Shown: positions 30,430-41,452 of the stretch, piece after piece
Layout: each line of letters starts with the position of its first letter
How positions within the stretch are numbered: the stretch's first letter is position 1
DNA from: an uncultured virus (IMG/VR IMGVR_UViG_3300015608_002806)
Lineage: Duplodnaviria; Heunggongvirae; Uroviricota; Caudoviricetes
Direction: 5' to 3' (one strand)
DNA length: 57,815 nucleotides
Virus record (IMG/VR): IMGVR_UViG_3300015608_002806
The notes under the pieces: generated by a model
Seen by the model: the letters and a program-made list of their open reading frames with translations, nothing else
Databases searched by the model: none
Told to the model about the DNA's origin: nothing
Made by a program: the position numbers and the translations under genes

Positions 30430-31421
30430 TTATAAATAAATTTTATTTTTTTCATTTTTATGAAACTTGGTATTAAATCGAAAATTAACATTTGGTATAA
30501 TATTAATTTGTTCTTTAAATATGTTTTTATTTATTGTTACAAATAAACATTTATATTTTTCATCATCAAGATTACATGCGTGTAATGTATAGTAAACCAT
30601 GAAATCAATAATATTATTTTTAGATAAAGATTTTATTGGATAAATTACAATCATTTGTAATATCTATATTTTGATGTTTGTATTTGTTTATAAAACGTTA
30701 CATTTGTTATAATGTATAGTTTAAATAAAGAATTAAGACCAACATAAAAACAATCCCATTGATTATTAAATTTTTGTCTAAATGCATAATAAAATCTAAT
30801 GGTATTATTTGAATTATAATTGTTGCCAATGTTCATTATTGAAATCATTATTTGTAAAATTTTAATTTTTTTGTGGATAAACAATTACCCATATTGGTAT
30901 ATTTAAGAATTTGCATATTATTATTGTATTTATCCACAAATATACAATGATATTGATTATGTGTGATCATTTTAAACGAATAATAAAACCATATATCATT
31001 ATATTTGTCTTGTCTATTATAAACTAGAATCATTTGCACCAAACTATTTGATTAGGATTATCGAAATAATGTTTAAATGGTTTTCTTAGTGAAAAATTTA
31101 AGTAATAATTTGTGCTAATACTTAAATAAGGATCATTTCTGACAAAAAGAGATGAAAAATCATATCGTGATTTTTTTTGATTTAAACATGTAATAAAAAT
31201 AATAGTGTTTTGTATTGTTCGCGCTTAAATTATAAATTGTAATCATATGTCTTTATTGTTCTGTAATCATTGTAAAAATTTATATTAACATCATTTAAGA
31301 CCTTAAAAGTATATGGATTGTATTTTGGGCAAAATGATGAAGAAAATACAAATGTCCTATTTCTAACGTGATAATAAAACCAAATCATTTTCATATGTTG
31401 TGGATTGAAAACAAAAATCAT
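30430..31421 (-). CDS. Cluster of about 5 paralogous mini-ORFs between rIIA and rIIB
   Basis: Shared I.FYY.F / VYY and C.FV motifs. Confidence 0.6.
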
Positions 31422-31424
31422 TTT

Positions 31425-33824
31425 TTATGCCAATATTGATGAAATGTTTTCAATAAAAAATTCATCAAAATTTGATTGTTTGATTTTAAATCTTGATATA
31501 TTATTTTTCATTTGTTCATATGAAGAGCACAATGATGAAAAATCTTGAATAATTTTTGCATTTACATGGTTCAATGTAGAACCATAATCTTTTAATATTT
31601 TTGCTAATTTTACAGGGTCTTTTAATCGCCAAAAACCACAACCAAAAAGAAAATTCATAAAATTATAGTTGAAATTTTTGTAAAAATCATTTATATAATT
31701 TTCAATTAAATTGATTGAAACAATGTCTGATTGATTATTGTGTTTTAATTTAATAGTTTCAAATATTTTTTGAGAAATTTTTGGATTATTTTTATTTATT
31801 AATAAAATCTCATGACCAATAGTTGCTGATATATTATTGTATATTGTTGTATATTGCTGTCTTAATTCTGAAAATTTTTCCATTTCCTCAGAAAGATTTA
31901 CAAAATTAATTGTTGGATATTTATCAATAAATGATTTACCCAAAACAGGGGTTAGCAATAAAATTTCTTTGTGAACTGATTTTGGATCGGTTTTATTTTC
32001 TGCACATAGAAACTTTATTAATTCTGTAAATGAATTTTTTAAATACCAATTTATGTCATTACAAGTTCCAATTTTTTTACAATCAACAAAATTGTCATAA
32101 TAATCATTTATTGATTTGACTAAATAATAAACTTTCTTTTTTGAGAAGAAAATATTAGGATCATCTTTTTTCTCAACAGCAACACCAACAGTAGGATCCA
32201 AAACAACAAAACCACGTTTTTCTGGTTCTTTTTTTGTTTTTTGTTCCTTTGGTTTTGGCGTTACTTTGATTTTACTAGCATATTTAATTTCCAAAAATGA
32301 AAAATTAATATTTTCAATTTTGGATTTAATATTTTCTGCATCCTCTTTTGTGTTTACAACAACAACACAAGGATACACCAAAAGAAGTTCATTTACTTGA
32401 TTTGTATACAAAGACTGATCTTTGATTAAAATACAAATTGTTCTTCTTTCTTGAGTGATATTTTCTTTTAACCAATTTCCATATTGTGTGTATGTGAATC
32501 TTAAATCAAAATAATTTTTTGAAAAATATCTAATAAATTTATGACAACCAAATAATTTATTTGGGAAAAATTTTAAATCTTTTATGTCGTTATCTGATGG
32601 TGTAATAGTTTTTAAATTGGATTTTGATTCAAATTTAATTTGAGATTGCTGATCAACAAAATCAGAAGACAATAATGATTTATTGAATAAAATACAATTA
32701 CTTTGATAACGTGAACATATTTCTCTTTCTGGAAAGTCTAATAATTTAATTTTTTTATCAAAAATTGATAAATTTTTATCTTCTTTTACTGAAATTATAT
32801 CACTACCACGAATAGAAAAAAATTCTTCCATCCATAAAGTAATTGCTTTAGCGGTTCTTGGAGTTAATTGAACGGCCTCTCTAGATGTTGCAATATCAAT
32901 TGCTCCAATTGGGAAATTTATTACCAATTGAATTTTTTCAGTAGATAGGTACTGATTGTATGGTAAATTTTTTAGAAAATAATATAATTTTGATATATAA
33001 TTTGAATCTGATTTTATTACATTGAAAAATGTATGGTCTGTTATTTCATATAAAACATTTCCCATTTTAGCCAAAATATTATTATTTGCATTGTAATAAT
33101 GATCTTTTTTTTCTGTATTATAGAAATAAAATTTATAATTATTTTTTTCAATAACTTCAATTGAAGATTGAAGTTTTACTTTTTTTGAATCTGTTAACCA
33201 ATTTGATTGATCAACAATATAGATATTTGGTTTTATGTCAAATGGAGCATATACAAAATTTATTTCTTCTTTGAAGAAATTTATATCTGTAGTGTTATTT
33301 ACAATAAAAGAAATTTCTAATCCATTTGGTTCATTTGTGTCTTGTTCTGAAACCATTGATAATGTTGGGATATCTTCTTCATTTTTGAAATTAAAAAATG
33401 TATATTTTTTCCCATTAAAATATGAAATTGTGGTAAATTGTGAAACAAGAGCAAATGGAGATTTTGAGCCCAATCCCATGAATCCAACAAATTCATTTGA
33501 TGAAGTTTTGTCAGATGATCCATATGTTGAATACAATCTTTCAACATCTTCTTTAGACAAACCCGTTCCATAATCTCTTATTTTAAAAATATTGTCTTTT
33601 AAAGATGATGGCAAATAAACATCAAAAGGTTTATCTGCACATTTTGCAGTAATGTGTGCATCGTATGCATTTGTTGACAACTCTCGTAAAACAGCTCGAA
33701 CTTTATTCGAATAAATATTATTCGAAAGAATGTTCATCATTTTAGAGTTTGCAAGAATCTTATATGTAGTTTTATTTCCTACATTTGAAGAAATTAATGT
33801 TTTTTCAACTTCTGATTGAATCAT
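31425..33824 (-). CDS. rIIA: RIIA-like protein (GHKL ATPase)
   Basis: YSNKVRAVLRELSTNAYDAH, IRDYGTGL, GFMGLGSKSPFA, SRE. Confidence 0.9.
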   Translation of the reverse strand: MIQSEVEKTLISSNVGNKTTYKILANSKMMNILSNNIYSNKVRAVLRELSTNAYDAHITAKCADKPFDVYLPSSLKDNIFKIRDYGTGLSKEDVERLYSTYGSSDKTSSNEFVGFMGLGSKSPFALVSQFTTISYFNGKKYTFFNFKNEEDIPTLSMVSEQDTNEPNGLEISFIVNNTTDINFFKEEINFVYAPFDIKPNIYIVDQSNWLTDSKKVKLQSSIEVIEKNNYKFYFYNTEKKDHYYNANNNILAKMGNVLYEITDHTFFNVIKSDSNYISKLYYFLKNLPYNQYLSTEKIQLVINFPIGAIDIATSREAVQLTPRTAKAITLWMEEFFSIRGSDIISVKEDKNLSIFDKKIKLLDFPEREICSRYQSNCILFNKSLLSSDFVDQQSQIKFESKSNLKTITPSDNDIKDLKFFPNKLFGCHKFIRYFSKNYFDLRFTYTQYGNWLKENITQERRTICILIKDQSLYTNQVNELLLVYPCVVVVNTKEDAENIKSKIENINFSFLEIKYASKIKVTPKPKEQKTKKEPEKRGFVVLDPTVGVAVEKKDDPNIFFSKKKVYYLVKSINDYYDNFVDCKKIGTCNDINWYLKNSFTELIKFLCAENKTDPKSVHKEILLLTPVLGKSFIDKYPTINFVNLSEEMEKFSELRQQYTTIYNNISATIGHEILLINKNNPKISQKIFETIKLKHNNQSDIVSINLIENYINDFYKNFNYNFMNFLFGCGFWRLKDPVKLAKILKDYGSTLNHVNAKIIQDFSSLCSSYEQMKNNISRFKIKQSNFDEFFIENISSILA

Positions 33825-33833
33825 TTTTGTCCT

Positions 33834-34115
33834 TTAATTTAAATCTTTTGGTTTTGGTGATTCAAAATCTGCATTTTTTAAATCAGATGATTTTTCAATT
33901 TCTGAAAGAAAAATTTTGAAATCTTCTTTGAGAGTTTTTTGCGTTTCTTCATCAACGGCTGAATATACCGTATAAAGAATTTCAAGCAATCCTTTTACAA
34001 GGAAAGATGTTCTTTTTCCAGAATTAATTGTGGAAAAATATTTCTCAGAAGATTTAAATAAATTTTCAGTTAAATCTTGAACAAATTTTTCGTAAATATG
34101 TTTAAAAAATGACAT
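33834..34115 (-). CDS. Hypothetical protein
   Basis: 93-aa helical ORF. Confidence 0.6.
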   Translation of the reverse strand: MSFFKHIYEKFVQDLTENLFKSSEKYFSTINSGKRTSFLVKGLLEILYTVYSAVDEETQKTLKEDFKIFLSEIEKSSDLKNADFESPKPKDLN

Positions 34116-34126
34116 TTTAAAATCCT

Positions 34127-34168
34127 AAAAAAAAAGGGGATTGGCTGACAAAAAATCAACCAATCCCC
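34127..34168 (-). terminator. Rho-independent terminator
   Basis: GGGGATTGG/CCAATCCCC stem followed by a T-run on the - strand. Confidence 0.8.
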
Positions 34169-34181
34169 CGATATTCATTGG

Positions 34182-34739
34182 TTACTGTGGTAAAAATACA
34201 ACAACAATTTCATTGTCATCAAAGTAGTCAGAATTAAGTGGCTTTCTCACTCTGGCTCTTTTTTGTTTTGAAGTTGCATTTAGATCAACCTCATAAATTG
34301 TGTCGCCATGCTTTCGATAAACTGAATTATCAGCCATGAAACAACACACATCAGGAAGATCTGAAAACGCAATCTCGAAAACAGTTGAGAGGATTTCTTC
34401 CTGCTGTTTTAGAGCAAGAAACGAAGGCGAATCTCTAAGAGCTGCCTTTCTCAGCTCATTGTTGACGTAAGTGAAAAACCCTTTTGATTGCGTGTATTTT
34501 ACTGTAAGTTTTTTGAATCTCTTAACGAGTTTTCCACTAGACTTTGTTCGACCATCTTTCTTTACGAATTGGTCACGAGGATCGCAAAATGCTACAGCGT
34601 ATGTGATTTCTCGTTCTGGTGAATTTTTGTTGTTGTCTAGTTTGTAAGCAATTGTTCCTCTTGCTTTGTTTACACCTTCAATGTAAAAATGATGAAACCG
34701 AATACGATCTTCACGAAGTTCTGGTTTGATTTCTGTCAT
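34182..34739 (-). CDS. Hypothetical phage protein
   Basis: GTIAY...YAVAFCDPRDQFVKKDGR motif; GGAG RBS. Confidence 0.75.
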   Translation of the reverse strand: MTEIKPELREDRIRFHHFYIEGVNKARGTIAYKLDNNKNSPEREITYAVAFCDPRDQFVKKDGRTKSSGKLVKRFKKLTVKYTQSKGFFTYVNNELRKAALRDSPSFLALKQQEEILSTVFEIAFSDLPDVCCFMADNSVYRKHGDTIYEVDLNATSKQKRARVRKPLNSDYFDDNEIVVVFLPQ

Positions 34740-34835
34740 ATTAAAGTCTCCACACGGTATTTTGTTTTAATAACAATTAAAAGAAAAGAATCTCATGGTT
34801 CATATTTTGCAATACAAACCATGAGATTCAACAAT

Positions 34836-36275
34836 TTATGTTTTATTCCCAGAATCTGGAAATTTAAGAACAAGCTCTCCAGATCCTTCAATTGCATCAG
34901 AACTACATCTTTCAGATGTTAACCACACTCTATCAATAGAACATGGTCCCGGCATTGGTGCCTCTAAATCAGTACAAATGATCATTCCATCATATGATCC
35001 ATTTGTGTTGACGAAATCAGTTGGCATCTGAAAATTTGTGCCACCAGTTAAAACTCTTTCGTATTGAAACTTCATCCCTGGAGTGTATCGCCTGATCTTT
35101 TCCTCAACAATGTTGCCACAATCAAATGGAATAAGATCAATGTGAGTCTCATCAGCAAACAAAGCACAAATTTTCAAGAGCTTAACAAGAAGATCATCAT
35201 CAACCGAACCAGACTGATCAACACAAATTGCCAATTTGGCAGATTTGGTTTTGTTCTTGCCAGGATAAATGTATGGAACCTTCTTGTTGATTTTGCGAAT
35301 TGAGGGTCGTTTATTAATCGAAATTGATTTTTCGATAAAAAACTTTAAAACCTCTTCTGCGTTGATTTTTGGCGGACCAATTAGTTGCTCAAGTTTCTTG
35401 AGATAAAGATGGGATTCGTTTCCATAATTCTTTGAGGCATTGATTGCCTTTTGAGAAATTTTACGGATTTCATTTCGCAAAATTGTTCTTTCTTCATCGG
35501 AAAGACCATCCAACGAATCCAAAAAAGAATGCTCATCAATTATCCAATACTCTCCACCCATTCCCTGTTGAATTTCTTTGTCTTTTGCAAGACGAATGAA
35601 ATATTCTTCCATTGGCAGAAAAGATGGATAATCTTTGAAAAACCCTTTTCCTGGAAAACACCCAATCAATTCGTCATCTTTGATATTTGATAGAATGTCC
35701 TGTTGAATTGTGCAGTTGATTGACAAATCGTGAGCAAGGTTCTTTAAATTATGAATTTGCTCCTCTGTTGGAAACATTTTCTTTAAGTCACCAAGTAAAT
35801 CTTCTACATTTTCACATCTTGAAAAGAAGGAAAATGAAACGTGCATGATTTCATGCAACATGAAGAAATTTAAATAATCCTTTGATTTTGTTGCAAAGAA
35901 TGCAATGAAAATTGGATTATAGTACAGAGTGACGTAATGATATTTCTTATCGAGACTAATTCCAAGAGTGGGAATTTCTGTTGTTGGAACAATCTTCATT
36001 GACGAAATAAATGTATAAACAAATTGATCATTGTTCATACATTCAATGTTGTAATGAAGAAATTTTTGCATTCCAAATGCAAAAAGATCAGCCTCTCTCT
36101 TTGAACCTTTCTCAATTGATTTAATGAATTCGCTGTATTCTTTTTCAATCTTTGTCAGAGGATATTCTTTTGGTTTTTCCTCCGAAATTGAAATAGAATT
36201 TTGATTATTCTGACTTGCTTTCGTCATTCTGCATTCCTTTGATGAATTCTTCCATATTCTTGGTTGATTCATCAT
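34836..36275 (-). CDS. Metallopeptidase-VWA fusion (DUF2201-like)
   Basis: HEIMH zincin motif, NLAHDLSIN, VDQSGSV MIDAS, GGT, TD. Confidence 0.85.
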   Translation of the reverse strand: MMNQPRIWKNSSKECRMTKASQNNQNSISISEEKPKEYPLTKIEKEYSEFIKSIEKGSKREADLFAFGMQKFLHYNIECMNNDQFVYTFISSMKIVPTTEIPTLGISLDKKYHYVTLYYNPIFIAFFATKSKDYLNFFMLHEIMHVSFSFFSRCENVEDLLGDLKKMFPTEEQIHNLKNLAHDLSINCTIQQDILSNIKDDELIGCFPGKGFFKDYPSFLPMEEYFIRLAKDKEIQQGMGGEYWIIDEHSFLDSLDGLSDEERTILRNEIRKISQKAINASKNYGNESHLYLKKLEQLIGPPKINAEEVLKFFIEKSISINKRPSIRKINKKVPYIYPGKNKTKSAKLAICVDQSGSVDDDLLVKLLKICALFADETHIDLIPFDCGNIVEEKIRRYTPGMKFQYERVLTGGTNFQMPTDFVNTNGSYDGMIICTDLEAPMPGPCSIDRVWLTSERCSSDAIEGSGELVLKFPDSGNKT

Positions 36276-37431
36276 CCGAGAAAATCTTTTCTAGACGATT
36301 TGTGATGTAAGCGTGGAATTGCATTTTGGTTCCGCTTTCATCAGTTGTTTCGTGTGTGAAAAGATTGTGAGCAAAAGTATTGTCATAATACTTTGCAAAA
36401 TCTTCACATTCCTGTCCAAACTTAATGAAAGTGGTTGGAATCTGCTTCAGAAGAACAAGGAACTGTTCATTTGAAACGATTGCTTTTGCGAAATTGATGA
36501 AATTATCAAGCTCTTTCTTGCTAAAAGCCTTTGGGGTCTTGTAGTCTGACAATTTGTCACTGTGAGGAATCTTCTCCAGTAGAGCAGAAATTCCTCGAAC
36601 CTGGAATTTAGGTTCAGTGAGTTGCTTATTGTACTTTCCTGCCAACAGGTCGTCAATGTCGTACTTAACGAATGTATTGGTCAAGTGAGAGTAAAACGCA
36701 GGAGCAATGTCACCAATGAAAGTGTATCCAATGAGAACAACTGATTCTGGAATTGAATCACCTTCAAGCATCTTGTTCTCTGAGAGAACCTTGTTGAATC
36801 TTGTCCACGACCGCGAACAAGGATAAACCTTGTTTGGTTCGTAAACACCACGATGATTTAACATTGAAGGATTCTGTGAAATGAAATCGCAGATTGGATC
36901 CAGAATTTTCTTTGATGACCTTGCCCAATTTAGCCAAACCTGTGGATCTGGTTCAATATCAATGACAGCGTATCGTGAAAGTTCCGCTGGATCCATGGTT
37001 CGCACACGATAATTGCTACCATGTGAGCCACCATTGATTGCAGCAACAACTACAGTATCAGGATGGAGTTTCCAACCATTAAAGGTCCGAGAATCCATAA
37101 TCTGGAAAACTGCCTGACGATTATCATCGGACGCACGATCAATTTCATCAAAGAAAAGAAAGCACTTCTCAGTGCAGCACTTTTTGTACCAATCCATTGG
37201 ATTGTACTTGGTAACATCACCATTTACTACTGGAAGGCCAATCATTTCTCCCTCACTCATTTGAGAGAGTCGGCGCTCCACGATTTGACTTTCATCGAAA
37301 CCCATTTCGCGGGCCATCTGATAGAACACTTCGCTCTTTCCGATACCGTGTTTTGAACGGAACAGAACAGGGAACTTGCTCTTGAGAATTGGCATTGCGA
37401 TTTCTTTGGCGCGATCTAATGTAACTTCCAT
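36205..37431 (-). CDS. MoxR-like AAA+ ATPase
   Basis: HGIGKS Walker A, LFFDEIDRA Walker B, MDPA..SR, RSW. Confidence 0.88.
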   Translation of the reverse strand: MEVTLDRAKEIAMPILKSKFPVLFRSKHGIGKSEVFYQMAREMGFDESQIVERRLSQMSEGEMIGLPVVNGDVTKYNPMDWYKKCCTEKCFLFFDEIDRASDDNRQAVFQIMDSRTFNGWKLHPDTVVVAAINGGSHGSNYRVRTMDPAELSRYAVIDIEPDPQVWLNWARSSKKILDPICDFISQNPSMLNHRGVYEPNKVYPCSRSWTRFNKVLSENKMLEGDSIPESVVLIGYTFIGDIAPAFYSHLTNTFVKYDIDDLLAGKYNKQLTEPKFQVRGISALLEKIPHSDKLSDYKTPKAFSKKELDNFINFAKAIVSNEQFLVLLKQIPTTFIKFGQECEDFAKYYDNTFAHNLFTHETTDESGTKMQFHAYITNRLEKIFSDDESTKNMEEFIKGMQNDESKSE

Positions 37432-37871
37432 TATTTGATCCTGTTAGAAAAATTGTTGTAGAAACGAAAAATCAGCCACTCGGCTGAATTTGAGAGAGAA
37501 AAATTCTTTTTAAGGTTAAGATTCAACAATTCATGGACTGATGATTCTGGTAAATCAATCAGTTTTAACAAATAAATTGGTGGATAATATAAATTCCATT
37601 CATAAGAAAATTCAGAGACTAAATTGCAAGTTCGTGATTTTACATATTCATGATTCCATTTTGTGTTGTCATAAACATCACACAATACACCAAAGGGACT
37701 ATATTCTGTACCATTTCTTGATCTAAGAAATGATTTGCTTTGTTTATATTTATTGTTGGAAAGAGATTCAAGCCAACAACAAACCAATGTTTCTTTTGTC
37801 CGTTCTGGCATAAGGGACCACCTGTTCAGGGAAGCGCCCATGGAAAATAATTCCAGCGTCTTTGTGGACAA
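37431..37871 (-). CDS. Hypothetical phage protein
   Basis: YKQ...L...GVLCDVY motif; overlaps the AAA gene start. Confidence 0.65.
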   Translation of the reverse strand: MSTKTLELFSMGASLNRWSLMPERTKETLVCCWLESLSNNKYKQSKSFLRSRNGTEYSPFGVLCDVYDNTKWNHEYVKSRTCNLVSEFSYEWNLYYPPIYLLKLIDLPESSVHELLNLNLKKNFSLSNSAEWLIFRFYNNFSNRIK

Positions 37872-38292
37872 CCGTATCGTTTGTGCGAATTATTTTTCGC
37901 ATATGTTTGCATTATTCGCAGTTATTGTATATTGTTATAAAATGGTCTTTTTTTTGTGTGTCAATAATGTATGTTAGATCAGAATTATCTATTTCAAGAC
38001 ATAATTTAAATATGTTATGTGTGTTGTACATGTTATATACAACTTCAATTCTTTTGTTGCTCCCAAAAGCAATCAATAAATATGTATTAAAATTTTTTTT
38101 CGTAATTGTTGTGTAAAACATATTTATTTGTATTTTCTAGAAAAATTTGAGCACAATTTATCAAAATATCCACCATTAAATAACATTTCAAAAGAATTAT
38201 TATAAATTGAAAAAGATTTGTTTGCATTAAAATACATTAGATTTAATTGTTCTAATTGCACTAGCTATTGTATTCATTTTTTCTCCAAATTA

Positions 38293-39447
38293 TTATTTAA
38301 TATAAACAAGTTTTGTACCTCTAACCAATTTTCTATTGGTTGATGTGCTTTGAACGAAAATATCCCAATTGGAATGATTACCAGGAATAACTTTTGTTGT
38401 TGAATTGGGGAGTTTTAGTAACTCTCTTGCATCCTCGCCAGCATAAACAGAGAGTTTGTTCTTTTCTACAAGAATAATTTTCTTATTTGATTGAATTGTT
38501 TCTGGTTTTGTTAGCTGATAGAATGCATTGCCTTTTACATATTTAAATTTATGATTTTCAACAAAATCACGAATTTCTTCTTCTTTGTTTACTGTCCAAA
38601 CCATGACATCATTTTTAATGTCATCAAGTTTTTTCTTTACTTCTTTTGCTGATACTTTGCTCATATCAGTGAAGAAACTTCTTACAGCTGTTTGTCCACT
38701 TGCTCTTGAGGCATAATAATTGTTAATTCCACTGTTTACTTGCGAAGTAAATTTTTCGATACCCAAAGATGTTGTTTCCCACTCCATGATGTTTCCACGA
38801 GGAATATCAAGATTTTGAGAAATTGAATCAGCTTCTCCAGGTGGAACCAAGAATACAAATGTCCATCTATCTGTTTTTGATACTTCTTTAATGAGTTTAG
38901 CTAATGATGTTCTTGTGTAATTTTCAGAACAATTTTCTTGTCCATCTGTTACAACAAACATAACAAATGACGTATTTGGATCTTTGTCATTTTTAAACAA
39001 ATTAATTGTTTGTCCAACTGCATCTAAAAGAGGTGTGTTTCCATATGGAGCATAATTTGCTGCATTTAATTCAGTAACTAAATTTACATCAATGTCTTTG
39101 AGTTTTACAATTGGATGAGAAAATGGCGCCTCTCCAAAAGTAGTAAGAGTTGCACTTGTTTGCTGGTTTGACTCTTTGCTTTTTGTTTTTGCTGTTTGTA
39201 AATTTGAATTAAATGCACGCATTACATCATATCTCAAACCATTCATTGAACCGCTTGCATCAAGAACATACAGAATTTTGTTCTTTAATTTATTCTTAAG
39301 TGATGGTTTGATTGATGTCTTTTTTGCAGCTTTGCTTTTTGCTTTTGCTTTGGTTTTTGACTTTGTTCGTGATTTAGCTTTTGACTTAACCTTAGATGTT
39401 GTAATTTTAACTTTTGTAACTTTATTATTCTTTGAAGAGGATGACAT
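38293..39447 (-). CDS. VWA-domain protein with a Lys-rich histone-H1-like N-terminal tail
   Basis: VLDASGSM, TPLLDAVG, VTDGQEN; KSKAKSRTKSKTKAKAKSKAAKK. Confidence 0.85.
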   Translation of the reverse strand: MSSSSKNNKVTKVKITTSKVKSKAKSRTKSKTKAKAKSKAAKKTSIKPSLKNKLKNKILYVLDASGSMNGLRYDVMRAFNSNLQTAKTKSKESNQQTSATLTTFGEAPFSHPIVKLKDIDVNLVTELNAANYAPYGNTPLLDAVGQTINLFKNDKDPNTSFVMFVVTDGQENCSENYTRTSLAKLIKEVSKTDRWTFVFLVPPGEADSISQNLDIPRGNIMEWETTSLGIEKFTSQVNSGINNYYASRASGQTAVRSFFTDMSKVSAKEVKKKLDDIKNDVMVWTVNKEEEIRDFVENHKFKYVKGNAFYQLTKPETIQSNKKIILVEKNKLSVYAGEDARELLKLPNSTTKVIPGNHSNWDIFVQSTSTNRKLVRGTKLVYIK

Positions 39448-39653
39448 TTGTATTTCCTTTATTTAGAGTTTGTGGTTATTAATAAGAAATTATTTGTATA
39501 ATTTTAATGTATTTCCCATTTCTATGGAAAAATGTTTATCAAATTCACATAATTTCATTTTTAGTGGATGTTTGGTATCAATCCATAAAGATTTATCATA
39601 AATATAATATTTTACTCTTATTGGCAAATGACCAAAATTATAAACTAATAACA

Positions 39654-39881
39654 TTATTGTGTCTTTGGTTCAAATTTTGTTAAATTTTTTCTACACCAAT
39701 GTAATGTTTTTGTTCTAATGTTTGAACTTTTAATACATTTCATTGTAACAATATTTTTTTCTTCATTAACTTCTGTTACTTCATATTTAATTAAAGTGTT
39801 TTTAATTTCATAAATTCCTGGTTCAATAATAATATGTTTATATTTATTGTATTCTTCTAAAAATTTATCTTTTTGTGACAT
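39654..39881 (-). CDS. Hypothetical protein
   Basis: 75-aa ORF downstream of the tRNA-like gene. Confidence 0.55.
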   Translation of the reverse strand: MSQKDKFLEEYNKYKHIIIEPGIYEIKNTLIKYEVTEVNEEKNIVTMKCIKSSNIRTKTLHWCRKNLTKFEPKTQ

Positions 39882-39895
39882 ATTTTTTTAATGTT

Positions 39896-39975
39896 TGGTG
39901 GGGTTGGTCGGGATCGAACCGACGTGTAACCAGTTACGCTTTCAAGCGCTTATAAGGCGCAGGCGATACAACCCC
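39896..39975 (-). tRNA. Atypical tRNA-like RNA, anticodon UAU (Ile), encoded CCA
   Basis: GGGGTTG/CAACCCC acceptor + A + CCA; T arm GTCGG-TTCGATC-CCGAC; GCGC-CTTATAA-GCGC arm; no D arm in the normal position. Confidence 0.8.
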
Positions 39976-40010
39976 AAACTTAATTTAAGGTAATAACATA
40001 AAAAAAACGG

Positions 40011-40888
40011 TCAAGGATACGTTTTTGCAAATTCTTTTTTGGTAATAACTGTTGATTGAATTTGTTTTTTTGATAATAAATGGTTACGACTTAATAAATT
40101 TAATCTGCTTTTTGTTGTTTTTGATTTTGTGTTAATAGTAATTGCTTTATCTTTTAAATAAATTCTTAAATAAGATACATTTCTGTATACCACACATGCA
40201 ACAAAATTGTTTTCATTTTTATTATTCATAAATTTTCAAACATGTAAATTTGTATCTTCCTTTATAGTCGTGCAATTTAATTAAATTTTCATCTGAATTA
40301 AAAAAAAACATTGTTCCCACTTTTATATTATAAAATAATGCTTTTTTATTAAAAAAATATCTAATTGCATCTGGCTCATTTGACCATACATTTGTAACAA
40401 CAACAACAAAATTATTTTTCATATAATTTAACGCAATCTGGTGAATTTTTTAAAAATCTATATGGTGTAAGTTGATTTGTTTTCCAAACAAATAATACAC
40501 ATGTAGTTTTACTATTAAAATAAATTTCAATAAGAATTGTTTTATTTTTTAGCACAAATCTCAATGTATCAAGTTCAGAACCTGCTCTAGTTAAAGCAAT
40601 ATAATTGTTTTTATAGTGCATAAATTTTCATGGTTTTCATGTTATATTATTTGTATTGATAACAAAAATACTTGATTTTATAGATCACTCATAAACAAAA
40701 ACAATTCTTGTATTTAAATCTTTAAGTTCTTCCAAAGAAAGCCAATTTAAATAATCAAAATCAATTATAATTTTAGAATATGGAGGAGCCCAGCAGATAA
40801 AAATAAAATTGTTTAAATAAATTCTTATTGATTCAATTTTTTCTTTTTTGCAATGAAGTCTTTTTGTAATTACAATGCTTCGATTCAT
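40011..40888 (-). CDS. Cluster of 4 mini-ORFs
   Basis: Three share NNFV/NNYI starts; all have (L/I)R(I/Y/F)..(K/N) motifs. Confidence 0.6.
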
Positions 40889-41253
40889 TTTTTATTTACC
40901 GCCAATGCCATTGTTTATCACAAAAACACGTTCAGGTAATTCGTCAATATAAATAATTTTTTTTCTTTTTAAAGAATTAGACCAATTATATTCTTCAACT
41001 TCAATTACATGTTTTAACGAAAAAGATGCTTGATATTTTTTTAAAACTCTTAATTCACATGAATTATATTCAAAAATATCATTTTTTGATAATTGTTTTT
41101 TGTTTTTTAGCATTTTTTTTTAATTCTAAAGCTTTTTTAAAGAAAGTATGAATCAATGCAAAAATTATTAGACAAAACCCGTAAAAAACACCAAAGCTAA
41201 TTGATATTGGAAACAATATAATTATCAATATTCTTAAGTGTTTACACTTCATT

Positions 41254-41448
41254 TTATTTTTGTACTTTATCTAAAACAGTTTGGCTTCCTGTTCCGTTGC
41301 AACCCAAACAAATACCTTGCATCATTTTCAAAATATTTAAATTTGAATAATCCAACCCCCAGCCAGTCAAAGGAATGCTTTTACCAGTTCCATCACATGC
41401 AATGCACTTAACTTGCATGTAAATATATTTTTTTTGTTTCCAAAACAT
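41254..41448 (-). CDS. Small DnaJ-type zinc-finger protein
   Basis: CIACDGTG and CLGCNGTG (CxxCxGxG twice). Confidence 0.65.
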   Translation of the reverse strand: MFWKQKKYIYMQVKCIACDGTGKSIPLTGWGLDYSNLNILKMMQGICLGCNGTGSQTVLDKVQK

Positions 41449-41452
41449 TGCA

